In this document: piece by piece, positions 9,528-20,953 of the stretch
How the letters are laid out: each line of letters starts with the position of its first letter
How positions within the stretch are numbered: the stretch's first letter is position 1
IMG/VR virus record: IMGVR_UViG_3300027816_000051
Coordinates: 62,001 to 126,000 of that record
Direction: 5' to 3' (one strand)
Length of the DNA: 64,000 nt
Translations under genes and position numbers: made by a program
Notes under the pieces: model-generated
What the model saw: only the letters and a program-made list of their open reading frames with translations
Told to the model about the DNA's origin: nothing
Databases searched by the model: none

Positions 9528-12500
9528 ATGCCAACATATTTAGATTTTAATAACACCAAAACTTTCAGGGACTTTTTAATTTCAAAAACTCTGAATAGAC
9601 CGAATGGACCTCAAACGTTCACGGATGCGAATTATAGTGTTCAGAATCTAAATAATTTTGCTAATGTCGACCCCGGTGACGTTAAAACAAATTGGGCGGT
9701 TTATTTTGGACAAAATTTTATCAATTTATATGTTCCACCCAATAACACAATTGAAGAATATACTGACACATCTTTACCGTCTTTAGCTTTATTATTAGGT
9801 GGTATAAATCCAGCTGGATATGTAAATTCATTCGAACCCCAAACAACAAATTTAATTAGTATTATGGCGGGCCAAAACTTCGATAGTGATTCGAGGTTAA
9901 TGAAATTCGCCACACAAAACATTAGAGAAAACAAACAAGGACCTGTCTTTGCTAGATTACAACAAAATTTGGAATCCGCAACATTAGGTAGGGTTAGGGC
10001 GTTAGATGCGTTAGGTGGAAATACCGCGACTGCAATTAATATTGTTACAGGTAGAGAACCTTTAGTTGAAAAAAATTATAAGATTACCGTTGCTAAAAGT
10101 TTATTAGGAAAGGGTGTTGATTTTCTTCAAACAGTTGCAGGTATTGAATTCCCTTTTAGTGAAATACCTGGCGATTATTTAACCAACCCAAGAAACCCTA
10201 TTGAAAATAGACCAACACCAAAAACAGAAGCCGGCGCTATTTTACAAGACGTTACTGGTGTTTTAGGAAGTTTAGTTGGTATTCAAAGAAGACCTAAACT
10301 CGGAAGAAAACCTTCCGATTTAATGATTGAATACATGGGAGAGGGTCAGAAACAAATATTATTTGACCAATTAACATATTCAACATATGCTCCAAATTAT
10401 ACAACAACAGCGAGGTCACAACAGTCATCAAAAATTTTCAATTTTGCGAATAGTTTTGCTCAAGGGGTAAAAACTGTTTTAGGATTAGAAGCACCAAAAG
10501 GTGTCGCATATATTGGAGACGATAGAAGTGAAGACGTGAAATATACCATGTCAGACTTTAATGACAACATGGTTAAAAGTAGTTACTTCTTAAGTTTAAT
10601 GTTTGACCCGGTACAAGCCGCGTTATTCGAGAGACAAAGAAATATTTCCCAAGGTGGACCAATTAGTGGTAAACTGACGTGGATTAGTAAGAACTCACAA
10701 AACAAAATTGGATTATGGAACGAGGAATTCCAATCAAGAGAAAGTGATACGTACAACAATTCAATTTCAACAAAATACGGATTTAGAGAAGATTCAATTT
10801 TGGGTAAAACTCAAGAAATCTTGGATTCAATGCCTAAAGATGGTCAAGCCACAAGAACACACGTTGGTAATGTTATTGACCAAACAAGTAGAATTTTTAA
10901 AGAAGGTGACAGTATGTTGTCTCGAGGTTCCGCAATTAAATTTGTTGACAAGTATAAACAAGAAACAGGTGCTGAATATTGTAGGGTGTGGACCAAAGAT
11001 AGGTCTTATATGAACTATTCAGACACAATGAAAAGAACCGCTAATATCAGAAAATTTGATGATAGTGTAATGGGTGGTGAGAGCAGACCTTGGAATATTA
11101 ATATCGCACCAATGTCAAGCGGAAACTATGATGCAAAAAATAGTTTTAAAAACTCATTTGGTGCAAAGAATTCAACAAACATATTTGAATCACCCACAGG
11201 TGATGGATTTTACGCTAAAAAATATATGTTCTCAATTGAGAACTTAGCATGGAGAACATCTAATACACCTGGTTTCACATACAATGATTTACCATTCTGT
11301 GAGAGAGGTAATAATGGAGGTAGGGTTATGTGGTTTCCTCCGTATGATTTGAAAGTTAGCGAGAACAACCAAGCTAGATGGCAAGACAATACGTTTTTAG
11401 GTAGACCTGAACCAATATATACTTATCAAGATACTTCTAGAAGCGGTCAATTATCATTTAAGGTTGTAGTGGACCACCCAAGTATTTTAAATTTATTGGT
11501 TAGAGAATACTTTAAAGGAATGTCCGATGAAGAATCGGAAAATTATATCAACGCATTTTTTGCGGGGTGTGAGGAATTAGATTTCTACGCATTAATCAGA
11601 AGATTCGCTCAATTAGATACAAACGATATAAAACTAATTCAAAGTTTCTTAAATCAAGGACAAGACCCCGAAACTATCAAACAATATAAGGTAACCACTG
11701 AGTATCCAACAGAAACAACACCAACAAACACAACAACACAAGGTAACGAAGCAGATTCTAAAGCTGTTGATGAGGTTATAATTAAATTAAAGTATGAAAA
11801 CGATATACCGGGACCAAGAGATAAAGTTGATACCACACAAAATTATACACAATTATACAAAGCTTACAAAGACCAAAAACAAGCTTATATTAATGAATTA
11901 GGTGCCGCGTTAAATACTTTAACTGGTTTGTCTCAAACAGACACTCAAGTAAAAACAGAAAAATCTTTTATTTTTGGTGATGCTAATCACGTTATAACAC
12001 AATCCGACATTGATGCTCAAAAAACAAAAATCGGTGATTATTTTGATGAAGCCGATGTGTCATTTAATAAATATGAATCTAGTTTAAATAGTTTAATATC
12101 AGACATATCTGGTAAAACAGCGGAAACAATTAGATTTCAAATTTTATCTTCATGTTCATCAGTTGCAACCAATGATTACAACGAAAGATTATCACTAAGA
12201 AGAAGTCACTCCGTAATTCAAGATATTTTTGATAGATTATCGGCTGTCGGAGGAAAAAAAGAATGGCAAATAAAATGGCCAACAAATTTAAATTTAGTAA
12301 ATAAAAATAATTCTGATAACGACAAAGAAATAATTCAAAAAGGAGAACCTATTGTAATTGTAAAAGAATATAGTACAAAAGATTTTGGTTTTGAACATGA
12401 TACTAAAATTATTGTAGAATCGGTCAATTATGGTGAAACATTAACTGGAACCCAACCTGATAAAGATTGTGTTAATAAAGATTTCGTTAGAGTACCAAAA

Positions 12501-14363
12501 TTAAAACAATACTCACCAATTGCGTTCTATTGTAGACAAACTGCAATGTCTTTAAAGTACAATAATAAATCAGAGAAGAAACAACCCGAAACACCCGCAC
12601 CACAACCACCCATAACAAAAATTGAGGAAAATGGACAAGTTGTTGTAAATCCACCAACAAGGAAACCGGCAATTGACCCATTAAAAAGAATCATTGCAAA
12701 AACACTATCTGAATGTTTTTACTTTAAAAAATTAGAAGATAGTGACCCTGTTGTTTTTTCATCACTTAAAGAAAAATTAAAATATTTTCATCCCGCGTTT
12801 CACTCAACAACACCTGAAGGTTTAAATGCGAGACTTACATTTTTACAACAATGTATAAGACCGGGTGATACCATACCAATTAAAGGTATATCAGAAGATT
12901 CGGATGTTAGAGCAAGAAATACCTCTTTTGGTCCACCACCTGTTTGTGTATTAAGAATCGGTGATTTTTACCATTCAAAAATAGTCATTAGAGATGTGAA
13001 CATATCTTTTGATGACGGAGGTCAAATATTGTGGGATTTAAACCCTGAAGGTATTGGTGTACAACCAATGATTGCTTCGGTCACACTATCGATAAACTTT
13101 ATTGGTGGTCAAGGTCTTTCAAAACCTGTTGAACGACTTCAAAACGCTCTATCATCTAATTTTTATGCCAACACCGAAATGTACGATGAAAGGTCAATTG
13201 CAACAAATGAAACAATCGGTGGTAAGAAGGCCGAAGAATTTACTCGTGAATTTTTAGAAGATTTGAACAAAACTTATGGTAATGCCATTAACAAAACCAA
13301 TCAATCTCAAAATACTAAAAATGTAAAAGGTGGAAATTATATGGGAGCCCTTGATGGTAACAGTATAAAATATACGGACATAATTAAATCCGTCTTCGCC
13401 TCAACAGAAAGTTATTTTGATAAGTACCAAGACACGTATAACAAAGTTTATACAAAATACGGTAAAGATATTACCGCTCTTTTATTTAAGGGTGAATATA
13501 GACCAATAAATCAATACGACATTTACACCTCAACATCACCAACACCGGGTAAAACATTATCATTACTTGGTTTATATAAAAAGACACAAGAATTAACAGT
13601 TTACACAACTGGATTAAAAACAGGATTAGCTAATTTTCTTAACAATTCATCATCAACTTATTTAGTTGATATGGTTGGTTTTAATAAAGAAATGACCGGC
13701 TCAATACTTACAGATACGAATGTTAAATTAAAAGATTTTATAACTAAAGAGATAATTGAAAATAAAATAAATGAACTTACCGTTTCCACTCAAATATTAG
13801 ATGAACTTGAAAAATCAAGAAACCAACTAATATCTGATTTAGATAGAGTTAATTTCGTTATTAAAAATGGTAAGGATTCAACAGTACAAGACAGTGTTGT
13901 TAAATCTGTGGCAATTAGTGGATTTACTTCTGATTTATTATATAATGAATATAGTACCTGTATTGATTATATTGAGACAAATGCACCGAAATTAGTTGAT
14001 GGTCTATCTACCAATATTACATTTTTAAATCCAACAATACAATCGGCGGATTTTGAATTTATGATGAAACAATTGTTATACGATAAAGTAGATGCATTTA
14101 TATCAGAGCTAAAAGACCCTTCGTTATATAAAGACCCTCTAAAAAATCAATTGAAAAAGAGATTAAATAAATTTGTTGAAAAACCAGAAGAAAAGAAATT
14201 TAAATTAACCAAATTCAAAAAAAGGAAAAGTGATAAAGAAATTAAGTTTGGAATTTCATCCACAACAGATGAAACAAACCAAACAATAATAGATGAAGCG
14301 AACCAAATCTTTTCAACATCAAACGAAGTAAAAGATAAATTAAATTATTATAGACCACAATAA
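9528..14363 (+). CDS. large baseplate / tail-tube initiator-like protein with an internal OmpA-like domain
   Basis: Tube-initiator-like segments W---FLGRPEPIYTYQDTSRSGQLSF and PPPVCVLRIGD...VQPMIASVTLSINFIG flank YNERLSLRRSHSV...NYGE. Confidence 0.6.
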   Translation: MPTYLDFNNTKTFRDFLISKTLNRPNGPQTFTDANYSVQNLNNFANVDPGDVKTNWAVYFGQNFINLYVPPNNTIEEYTDTSLPSLALLLGGINPAGYVNSFEPQTTNLISIMAGQNFDSDSRLMKFATQNIRENKQGPVFARLQQNLESATLGRVRALDALGGNTATAINIVTGREPLVEKNYKITVAKSLLGKGVDFLQTVAGIEFPFSEIPGDYLTNPRNPIENRPTPKTEAGAILQDVTGVLGSLVGIQRRPKLGRKPSDLMIEYMGEGQKQILFDQLTYSTYAPNYTTTARSQQSSKIFNFANSFAQGVKTVLGLEAPKGVAYIGDDRSEDVKYTMSDFNDNMVKSSYFLSLMFDPVQAALFERQRNISQGGPISGKLTWISKNSQNKIGLWNEEFQSRESDTYNNSISTKYGFREDSILGKTQEILDSMPKDGQATRTHVGNVIDQTSRIFKEGDSMLSRGSAIKFVDKYKQETGAEYCRVWTKDRSYMNYSDTMKRTANIRKFDDSVMGGESRPWNINIAPMSSGNYDAKNSFKNSFGAKNSTNIFESPTGDGFYAKKYMFSIENLAWRTSNTPGFTYNDLPFCERGNNGGRVMWFPPYDLKVSENNQARWQDNTFLGRPEPIYTYQDTSRSGQLSFKVVVDHPSILNLLVREYFKGMSDEESENYINAFFAGCEELDFYALIRRFAQLDTNDIKLIQSFLNQGQDPETIKQYKVTTEYPTETTPTNTTTQGNEADSKAVDEVIIKLKYENDIPGPRDKVDTTQNYTQLYKAYKDQKQAYINELGAALNTLTGLSQTDTQVKTEKSFIFGDANHVITQSDIDAQKTKIGDYFDEADVSFNKYESSLNSLISDISGKTAETIRFQILSSCSSVATNDYNERLSLRRSHSVIQDIFDRLSAVGGKKEWQIKWPTNLNLVNKNNSDNDKEIIQKGEPIVIVKEYSTKDFGFEHDTKIIVESVNYGETLTGTQPDKDCVNKDFVRVPKLKQYSPIAFYCRQTAMSLKYNNKSEKKQPETPAPQPPITKIEENGQVVVNPPTRKPAIDPLKRIIAKTLSECFYFKKLEDSDPVVFSSLKEKLKYFHPAFHSTTPEGLNARLTFLQQCIRPGDTIPIKGISEDSDVRARNTSFGPPPVCVLRIGDFYHSKIVIRDVNISFDDGGQILWDLNPEGIGVQPMIASVTLSINFIGGQGLSKPVERLQNALSSNFYANTEMYDERSIATNETIGGKKAEEFTREFLEDLNKTYGNAINKTNQSQNTKNVKGGNYMGALDGNSIKYTDIIKSVFASTESYFDKYQDTYNKVYTKYGKDITALLFKGEYRPINQYDIYTSTSPTPGKTLSLLGLYKKTQELTVYTTGLKTGLANFLNNSSSTYLVDMVGFNKEMTGSILTDTNVKLKDFITKEIIENKINELTVSTQILDELEKSRNQLISDLDRVNFVIKNGKDSTVQDSVVKSVAISGFTSDLLYNEYSTCIDYIETNAPKLVDGLSTNITFLNPTIQSADFEFMMKQLLYDKVDAFISELKDPSLYKDPLKNQLKKRLNKFVEKPEEKKFKLTKFKKRKSDKEIKFGISSTTDETNQTIIDEANQIFSTSNEVKDKLNYYRPQ

Positions 14364-14689
14364 TGAGTAGACAGTATTTTGATAGATATCAGTTTTTTGT
14401 TGAAGATGGTAAATTTAGGATTGTACCAGGTATTGAAATCCCAATAAAACCTTCTGACAGATATATGTTTTATAAAAAAGGTAGAGATAGATTCGATAAG
14501 ATATCTCAAGATTATTATGGTTCACCAGTATTTGGTTGGTTAATATTACAAGCAAATCCAACCGCTGGTAGTGTTGAATTTCAGATACCTGATAATTTTG
14601 TTATTAGAATACCTTTTCCTCTCACAACGTCTTTACAAGATTATAAAAGAAGTGTAGAATTGTATAACCTATATTATGGCGAGCAATAA
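14363..14689 (+). CDS. LysM-like baseplate protein (T4 gp53 / P2 gpX-like)
   Basis: DRFDKISQDYYGSPVFGWLILQANP...IRIP. Coupled to the upstream gene by TAATG. Confidence 0.8.
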   Translation: MSRQYFDRYQFFVEDGKFRIVPGIEIPIKPSDRYMFYKKGRDRFDKISQDYYGSPVFGWLILQANPTAGSVEFQIPDNFVIRIPFPLTTSLQDYKRSVELYNLYYGEQ

Positions 14690-17600
14690 TGATTACCCAA
14701 ATAATGAAAACATACTTGTAAAAGTTGACCAAAACAATCTTATTTATGTTGACCCAAATAGTGTTGTTGATGCAAACGGAGAAGTTCAACCAAGAGGACA
14801 TAAACAAGAAAACTTAGTCATGTATGTGAACTTGGAAGCTGATTTGATTCCAAGAACGACTCTTATTGCTGACGATAACGTAGGAAATACACTAACTCAA
14901 GTTGCAAAAGGTAATCTCAATTTTTTAAGAAACGCAAGTGGTGATGGGAACTTTGATGCCACATGGACTGACGCTTTTGTTCCCAAACCAATTCAGGGTC
15001 AAGAATCTACATATAAAGATGGATATGACGTAACATTCGGTGAGGACCAATTCAAAGACCCAACAGGACAATCTTTTGGTATTGATTCAATTAATATTGA
15101 CGTAAAAGGTGCCAACTTTGTTCCACAAATCACTATAAACTTTGTTGACGTAAGAGGTAAAACTCTTTTCGAATCTTCTGAAAACTCACCTTATCGAGCT
15201 TTCTTCCATTTACCGTGGCCAATTTTTTATTTAACAGTTAAAGGTTACTACGGTAAAGCCATTCGTTATAGATTACATATGACCGATTTTAAATCGAGAT
15301 TTAATGAATCTAATGGTAATTTTGAAATAACAACAAAGTTTGTTGGTTCAACTTTTGCATGGTTAAACGATATCCCATTGTCTGCAATTATCAACTGCCC
15401 TTATATGTTTTTGGTCGAAGAAAAAGACAATACAAAATTTAATGAAAGTACAGGATTATATGAAAAAAGAGTAAAACAATCATCAAGAGGTTATACGATA
15501 TTAAAATCGGTGTATAGACAATACGAACAAAAAGGTTTAATCCCAAAAGGTTTTCCTGTTCGTACCCTAAAAGAAATTGGTTACATCGCTGAAACTCTTG
15601 ATAAAATACTTGAACAACAAATTTTTAGTAAAGTCAGTATGGATGTCTTTTCTGGTATAAAAGAAATGGACACCCTTCTCAATGATTTTGAAAATTCAAT
15701 TAAGGCTTGGGGTAAACAATATCTATCACAAGAATATACATCATTTACTAAAACTGCAACCAATAATGAAACAATTAGTGATTTATGGTTTTATTTGAAC
15801 GCGAAAGATAAGACAGAGACAAAACATATATTAGGTAACGGAGCGGGTGCTCTTGAACTCCTTTTATCTAGTTTCAATGCCGCTATGGGTAAAACCAAAC
15901 TTTTAACTCAAGAACTATTAAATCAAACAAGTGGAGACTTCAAAAGGATTTCAATTAGGAATGTTAAAAACGTAAGTTCATATTATAAAGTTCTTAATGA
16001 TAAAAAAGTAGTTGTACATATTGATGGAATTTTTGAAGACATTTTTCAAATAAGAAAATCATTTGAGGAACAAAGAAAAAAAGTCGAAGATGATGTTGAA
16101 TCAGAAATGAATAAGGTCATCAAAAGTAAAGAATATGGATTTGGATTCGAACCAACCGTAAGAAATATGTTTGCGGTTTTATTAGCTAATGCTGAGGTTT
16201 TTATTAGGTTAATGAAAGATGTTCATAACAAGGCTTTTGATGCTGCTAATAATAGAAAAAAGACTTTAACAAATTTATCAAAAGAATCAAAAGGTGAAAA
16301 CATATATCCATGGCCTGAAGTAAAAAAACCCCAAGGTGGTGGTAAACAAAATGTAATTGCGTATCCCGGTGATGAAGAATTAGTTCACAAATTAAAATCT
16401 TATGACAAAACCCTTTGGCCTGAAATTGACTTTATTGAAGAGTATATTAAAATTGTAACCAATAGGGTAGAAACAAACGTAAATGGGGAACCCACAAGAA
16501 ATGATGTAAATTATGTTTTTGATTCAAATACTGAAAATCAAAAAATTGAAGACTTATCAGGTATTGACGTTATAAATGAATCTATACCATTTATTGATAA
16601 AAGTTACGCGGGATTTGTTTACGAATTGTACGAAAGAGCACTGTATTCAACATTGTTTGATTCTTTTAATGACCAAATGATTAGACAGTTGGCCAATGAA
16701 GAATTTAAAAATATTCAAGAATTAATAAAAGACGATAACGATATTATTGAGTTAGCAAAAAAAATAACCAATAAAGACCAATTAATTGCTCCTGTTACAA
16801 AAACAGAATTAAGAGAAAACGGTGTTATTCAAAAAAATGAAGATGGGACACCTAAGACCACTACGGTTTATGATGGATATCTACCTGGATTATCACCATA
16901 TGAAAGATTCAATTATTTTAAAGACCATCTACCAACAACCAATTATATATCTTCAGTCATTGACGAACCATTTAAATTTGAAAAATATGACGAGACAGCA
17001 ACTAACCCTACGGGTGATTTAAAAGAAGATGATTTAAATAAAATTTTAATTGATTACGAACCTGAAACATACAGGACAGACATATACCCCTTCAATTCAA
17101 CAACATATTTGAATTATTTAGGTAAAACAAATTTCACAAGAGATAATTTTAAATTTAATGGCATTTTAAAAGTTAACAGTTCTCAAGGTTTTATATGTTC
17201 ACCAATAGAATCTAAATCATGGGTTAAACCATCAGCAGACAGCACTGACTTTTTTAAAAATACGATTAATGTTACAGGAAACACAACCTCAATATTAAAC
17301 ACACCATATTTTCATAATCAATTATTTAATGATTTTAATAAATCAACTTTACGAGGTAAGTACGCTGGTTCATCGTATTTGTTATTAAACTCATTACCTT
17401 TCATTGATTTAGATGAACAAATAACATTTGGAGGTCAGTCAATATTAACATCTTCTTTATTTAGAGAAGTATCGTCTACACATTTTATACCATATCATTT
17501 AATGTTAAAATGGGGTTCAATTTATCATAGATATAAAACACACTTAATAGATGGTTACGATATTTTGAATGGATGTGTAAATTCAAGCTATGTTACAAAA

Positions 17601-20600
17601 CCATTAACAGGTAAAACCCTATTTGATAATAATGGTGCACTAATAACATACACATCAACAAACGCAAGTAGTAGTGGTACTACGATTAATGTACCAAGTA
17701 CAATAGGACTACAAACAGGAATGACCGTTACGGTTATTGCTGGTACAGGACAAACAGCGCCGAATACGTACATTACAAATATTACAAGTACTACAGGATT
17801 TACAATTTCACAAACTCCACTTACAGGACTAACAGGTGCCACAGTATTTGCTGTTTATGATGAATATGTGACCTTTGATATAGTACCAAAAATTTCCACA
17901 TCATCAGGTTCAACTTCAGGTGTTACATATACTGGTTACACTAATGCAGGTATTAGACCGTTCTATCAAACTGTGTACAGTCAAATAGTAAATGACTATG
18001 CAACTTATGATATAACTTTAGGTAATGTTTCATATTCTTCCACAAGTACATCGGGTAAATTATTACATAGGGTTACACAAAAAAGCGGTATGAATTATTG
18101 GGACGTGGTTATGGATAATTCCAAATACATAACCTCAGACAAAAACTACACTTTATTACCATCTCTTGGGGGACATAAAAATAGTGACATATCCAATAGT
18201 AACACATTCACAGTAGCTGAGGAGTTGACATTTAAAACACTTTGGTACCTAAACGACACTCTTTCAACTAGTTTTAGTGGACAAACGTTCCCAAGTCCGT
18301 ACGATTATTTTAGGACAACAGGTAACACATATTCAATATCAACTAATTACAAAAAGGCGTTAGATTTAATCGGTACATTTAGCCCTCAAATACTTGAGTA
18401 TTTTGAAAGTTTCTTTCTTGATTTTGCTAGTGAAAAAATAAATGAAGAAATACCGTATAACATTTTTAGGAATATTAGTTATCCTAAATTCCAAGATATG
18501 TTAAAGAAATTATCCGTTGTTGAAAAGAAAGACGATGATAGTAATGATATTGATTTATTAATTGGTAACACATTAAAAGAAAGACAAAAAAGAAACGCTG
18601 AATCTATCACTACAGATATATTAAGTGCTAACAACTTAATAAAATTTACGTTAGCAAACCCAAAAGAAATTGATGCCAATTCTTTATATGGTTTGACAGC
18701 GGTTCAACCTTATAAGTCTTTGACAACTTATAAACCACAACCTTTCAGTGCTTCAGATTTAACAACCCCAAATCTTAATTTTATTAAATTATATATTGGT
18801 GAAGATATTGATAGTTACTATGTTAATTTCTTTAGTTTATTGGACGTTAAATTAACTGAAGATAACATAAAAAAACATAGGCCGTTGGCTCAAATATATG
18901 GTGGATATCGAAAAGCGGGAGGAACCAACACCAAAGCCGCGTTTTTAACTTATTTACAAGATTCAATAATACTTAAAAATACAGGTGGAACAAATGTTCC
19001 AAAAGGGGCTGAAGCTAGACTTGCTTTGTATTTGAATACACTTTTACCATTATTAGGTAATTTAACGAGTAACGCCACGGGTAATCCTGCTGCTAGTATT
19101 GATATGTTTAGAGGTTACAATTCAACTCAAACAAAGTTAGAATTGTATAACACTTTCAAATCATTTAACGATAAATGGACCGCCGGTAATTCAATTGGTC
19201 AACGTTTGTTACTTGAGGAATTTTTATTCTTAGACAAAGCCAATAGAGACATTGGTGATAAATTTTATTTAAACATAGATAAGTTTACACCTTTATTGGA
19301 CCCAAACAACTCTAAACTTCCTTTGTACAACGCCATTTCTATGATAATACAAGGTACTGGATTAGATATGAGAGCGTTACCTGCCTATATAAATTTTTAT
19401 GGTAATAACTTGACAAATAAGAATAAAATAACACCATCAAAAAAAGTGGCATCAACTTTATTTGGTACATTCTTAGAGGTTGATTATCAAGAGGCGACAC
19501 CAAAAGTTATCATACAATTAGTTGGACAAACATCGAAAAGAATTGATATGTCCAATAGTAAGGCGTATAAGTTTGTTGACGATAGTTTTTATATTGGTGG
19601 ACAAACTCCAAACCCATTATTAATAACATCATTAGAAGGTTTCTCACAAAACGATTTATCAAAATCTAATAGGGTAGTTGCGTTTGAGGTGAGTTTTGGT
19701 GACCAAAATCAAGGTATATTCAAAGGAGTTACATTAGACCAAAGTACACTAAAAAATACATCAGAGTCTTTTCAAGTTTTAGAAAATCTATCAAGGTCGG
19801 CTTCAGGTGCTGGTGTTCATAATGTAGACACAAGTTTATTCGATTATTATAAACAAGCATCATATAAATGTGGTGTAACTGCCATGGGTAACGTTATGAT
19901 TCAACCAACAATGTTCTTTTACTTAAAAAACATACCTATGTTTAGGGGTTCATATTGGATTACTGAGGTTTCTCATCAAATCAAGGGTAATAACATCTCA
20001 ACAAGTTTTTCAGGAACACGAATACCATATACTTCATTACCTGACCCTAAAGACTCATTTGTTGCAAGTTATCGAATTCTATTTGATAAAATTCAAGCAA
20101 AAGCTATTGCTAAAATCAAACAGAGAGCCGCTAACGATACCGACACCGACCAAGAAGTTATATACCAAGGAATACCATATGTTACGGACAGACAAGGTAA
20201 AAATATACAGGGTGAAACGGTTATTCAAGAAGTTGGTATTAACAGATTTGGTGTACCATATAATGGATATAATGAAACTCGTCTAATACAAAAAGTTAGA
20301 AACGGTAATGAGGAATGGTTTAGAACTATTGTATATAAAATGGGTGGAGAAAAATACCCAATAGATGACGCACAAGGATTTAATCTCACAAACGGAATTA
20401 CATGGTCTGACGTTAAGGATTCAAGTTATAAATTCTATAATGTGGATTTTCAATTGTCAAGAACCATTACTAATGATGTTATAAAAACTGCTAAAACAAC
20501 ATTTAAGAACCCTAAAAACAATACTCAATTAACAGTAAATCCTAATTACCAATTAGACAAAACTGTTGGTTCAATAGTGGTTGAAGGTCCAATTAGTAGA

Positions 20601-20699
20601 GGACCGAAGTCTACCGAGATTGGTATGGGTATGTCACCGAAACTTATGTCCGAATTAGGACTATACGATGGAGACGTTGTATACTTTAAAATGGATTAA
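14676..20699 (+). CDS. large baseplate hub protein (gp27 / P2 gpD-like termini) with long insertions
   Basis: N-terminal FGIDSINID...ITINFVDVRG. C-terminal MGNVMIQPTMFFYL...GSYWITEVSHQI...TSFSG, as in hub proteins. Synteny after the LysM gene. Confidence 0.6.
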   Translation: MASNNDYPNNENILVKVDQNNLIYVDPNSVVDANGEVQPRGHKQENLVMYVNLEADLIPRTTLIADDNVGNTLTQVAKGNLNFLRNASGDGNFDATWTDAFVPKPIQGQESTYKDGYDVTFGEDQFKDPTGQSFGIDSINIDVKGANFVPQITINFVDVRGKTLFESSENSPYRAFFHLPWPIFYLTVKGYYGKAIRYRLHMTDFKSRFNESNGNFEITTKFVGSTFAWLNDIPLSAIINCPYMFLVEEKDNTKFNESTGLYEKRVKQSSRGYTILKSVYRQYEQKGLIPKGFPVRTLKEIGYIAETLDKILEQQIFSKVSMDVFSGIKEMDTLLNDFENSIKAWGKQYLSQEYTSFTKTATNNETISDLWFYLNAKDKTETKHILGNGAGALELLLSSFNAAMGKTKLLTQELLNQTSGDFKRISIRNVKNVSSYYKVLNDKKVVVHIDGIFEDIFQIRKSFEEQRKKVEDDVESEMNKVIKSKEYGFGFEPTVRNMFAVLLANAEVFIRLMKDVHNKAFDAANNRKKTLTNLSKESKGENIYPWPEVKKPQGGGKQNVIAYPGDEELVHKLKSYDKTLWPEIDFIEEYIKIVTNRVETNVNGEPTRNDVNYVFDSNTENQKIEDLSGIDVINESIPFIDKSYAGFVYELYERALYSTLFDSFNDQMIRQLANEEFKNIQELIKDDNDIIELAKKITNKDQLIAPVTKTELRENGVIQKNEDGTPKTTTVYDGYLPGLSPYERFNYFKDHLPTTNYISSVIDEPFKFEKYDETATNPTGDLKEDDLNKILIDYEPETYRTDIYPFNSTTYLNYLGKTNFTRDNFKFNGILKVNSSQGFICSPIESKSWVKPSADSTDFFKNTINVTGNTTSILNTPYFHNQLFNDFNKSTLRGKYAGSSYLLLNSLPFIDLDEQITFGGQSILTSSLFREVSSTHFIPYHLMLKWGSIYHRYKTHLIDGYDILNGCVNSSYVTKPLTGKTLFDNNGALITYTSTNASSSGTTINVPSTIGLQTGMTVTVIAGTGQTAPNTYITNITSTTGFTISQTPLTGLTGATVFAVYDEYVTFDIVPKISTSSGSTSGVTYTGYTNAGIRPFYQTVYSQIVNDYATYDITLGNVSYSSTSTSGKLLHRVTQKSGMNYWDVVMDNSKYITSDKNYTLLPSLGGHKNSDISNSNTFTVAEELTFKTLWYLNDTLSTSFSGQTFPSPYDYFRTTGNTYSISTNYKKALDLIGTFSPQILEYFESFFLDFASEKINEEIPYNIFRNISYPKFQDMLKKLSVVEKKDDDSNDIDLLIGNTLKERQKRNAESITTDILSANNLIKFTLANPKEIDANSLYGLTAVQPYKSLTTYKPQPFSASDLTTPNLNFIKLYIGEDIDSYYVNFFSLLDVKLTEDNIKKHRPLAQIYGGYRKAGGTNTKAAFLTYLQDSIILKNTGGTNVPKGAEARLALYLNTLLPLLGNLTSNATGNPAASIDMFRGYNSTQTKLELYNTFKSFNDKWTAGNSIGQRLLLEEFLFLDKANRDIGDKFYLNIDKFTPLLDPNNSKLPLYNAISMIIQGTGLDMRALPAYINFYGNNLTNKNKITPSKKVASTLFGTFLEVDYQEATPKVIIQLVGQTSKRIDMSNSKAYKFVDDSFYIGGQTPNPLLITSLEGFSQNDLSKSNRVVAFEVSFGDQNQGIFKGVTLDQSTLKNTSESFQVLENLSRSASGAGVHNVDTSLFDYYKQASYKCGVTAMGNVMIQPTMFFYLKNIPMFRGSYWITEVSHQIKGNNISTSFSGTRIPYTSLPDPKDSFVASYRILFDKIQAKAIAKIKQRAANDTDTDQEVIYQGIPYVTDRQGKNIQGETVIQEVGINRFGVPYNGYNETRLIQKVRNGNEEWFRTIVYKMGGEKYPIDDAQGFNLTNGITWSDVKDSSYKFYNVDFQLSRTITNDVIKTAKTTFKNPKNNTQLTVNPNYQLDKTVGSIVVEGPISRGPKSTEIGMGMSPKLMSELGLYDGDVVYFKMD

Positions 20700-20744
20700 T
20701 TTTTAAGTTTTCCACTTTTTTAGATATTTATTAAAGAAAATACC

Positions 20745-20951
20745 ATGAACAACGAAAAATTGAATAATACTTTGGATAACTACATGAAAAATCCAAAACA
20801 AGTAAAATCCGTTTCAAAAGACGGAATGGAAACAGAAGAATGCGACCTTCAAACCGGTGAATGTTATGTTATCAGGTCTAAGGATGGTATAGTAGAAAGA
20901 ATAAACAAAAAATTTATAACCGAAGACGGTAGACAACTTTTACAAGACTAA
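20745..20951 (+). CDS. hypothetical protein (68 aa, CDLQTGEC)
   Basis: TATTTAT upstream, clean ATG, tightly packed with the next gene. Confidence 0.7.
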   Translation: MNNEKLNNTLDNYMKNPKQVKSVSKDGMETEECDLQTGECYVIRSKDGIVERINKKFITEDGRQLLQD

Positions 20952-20953
20952 CT

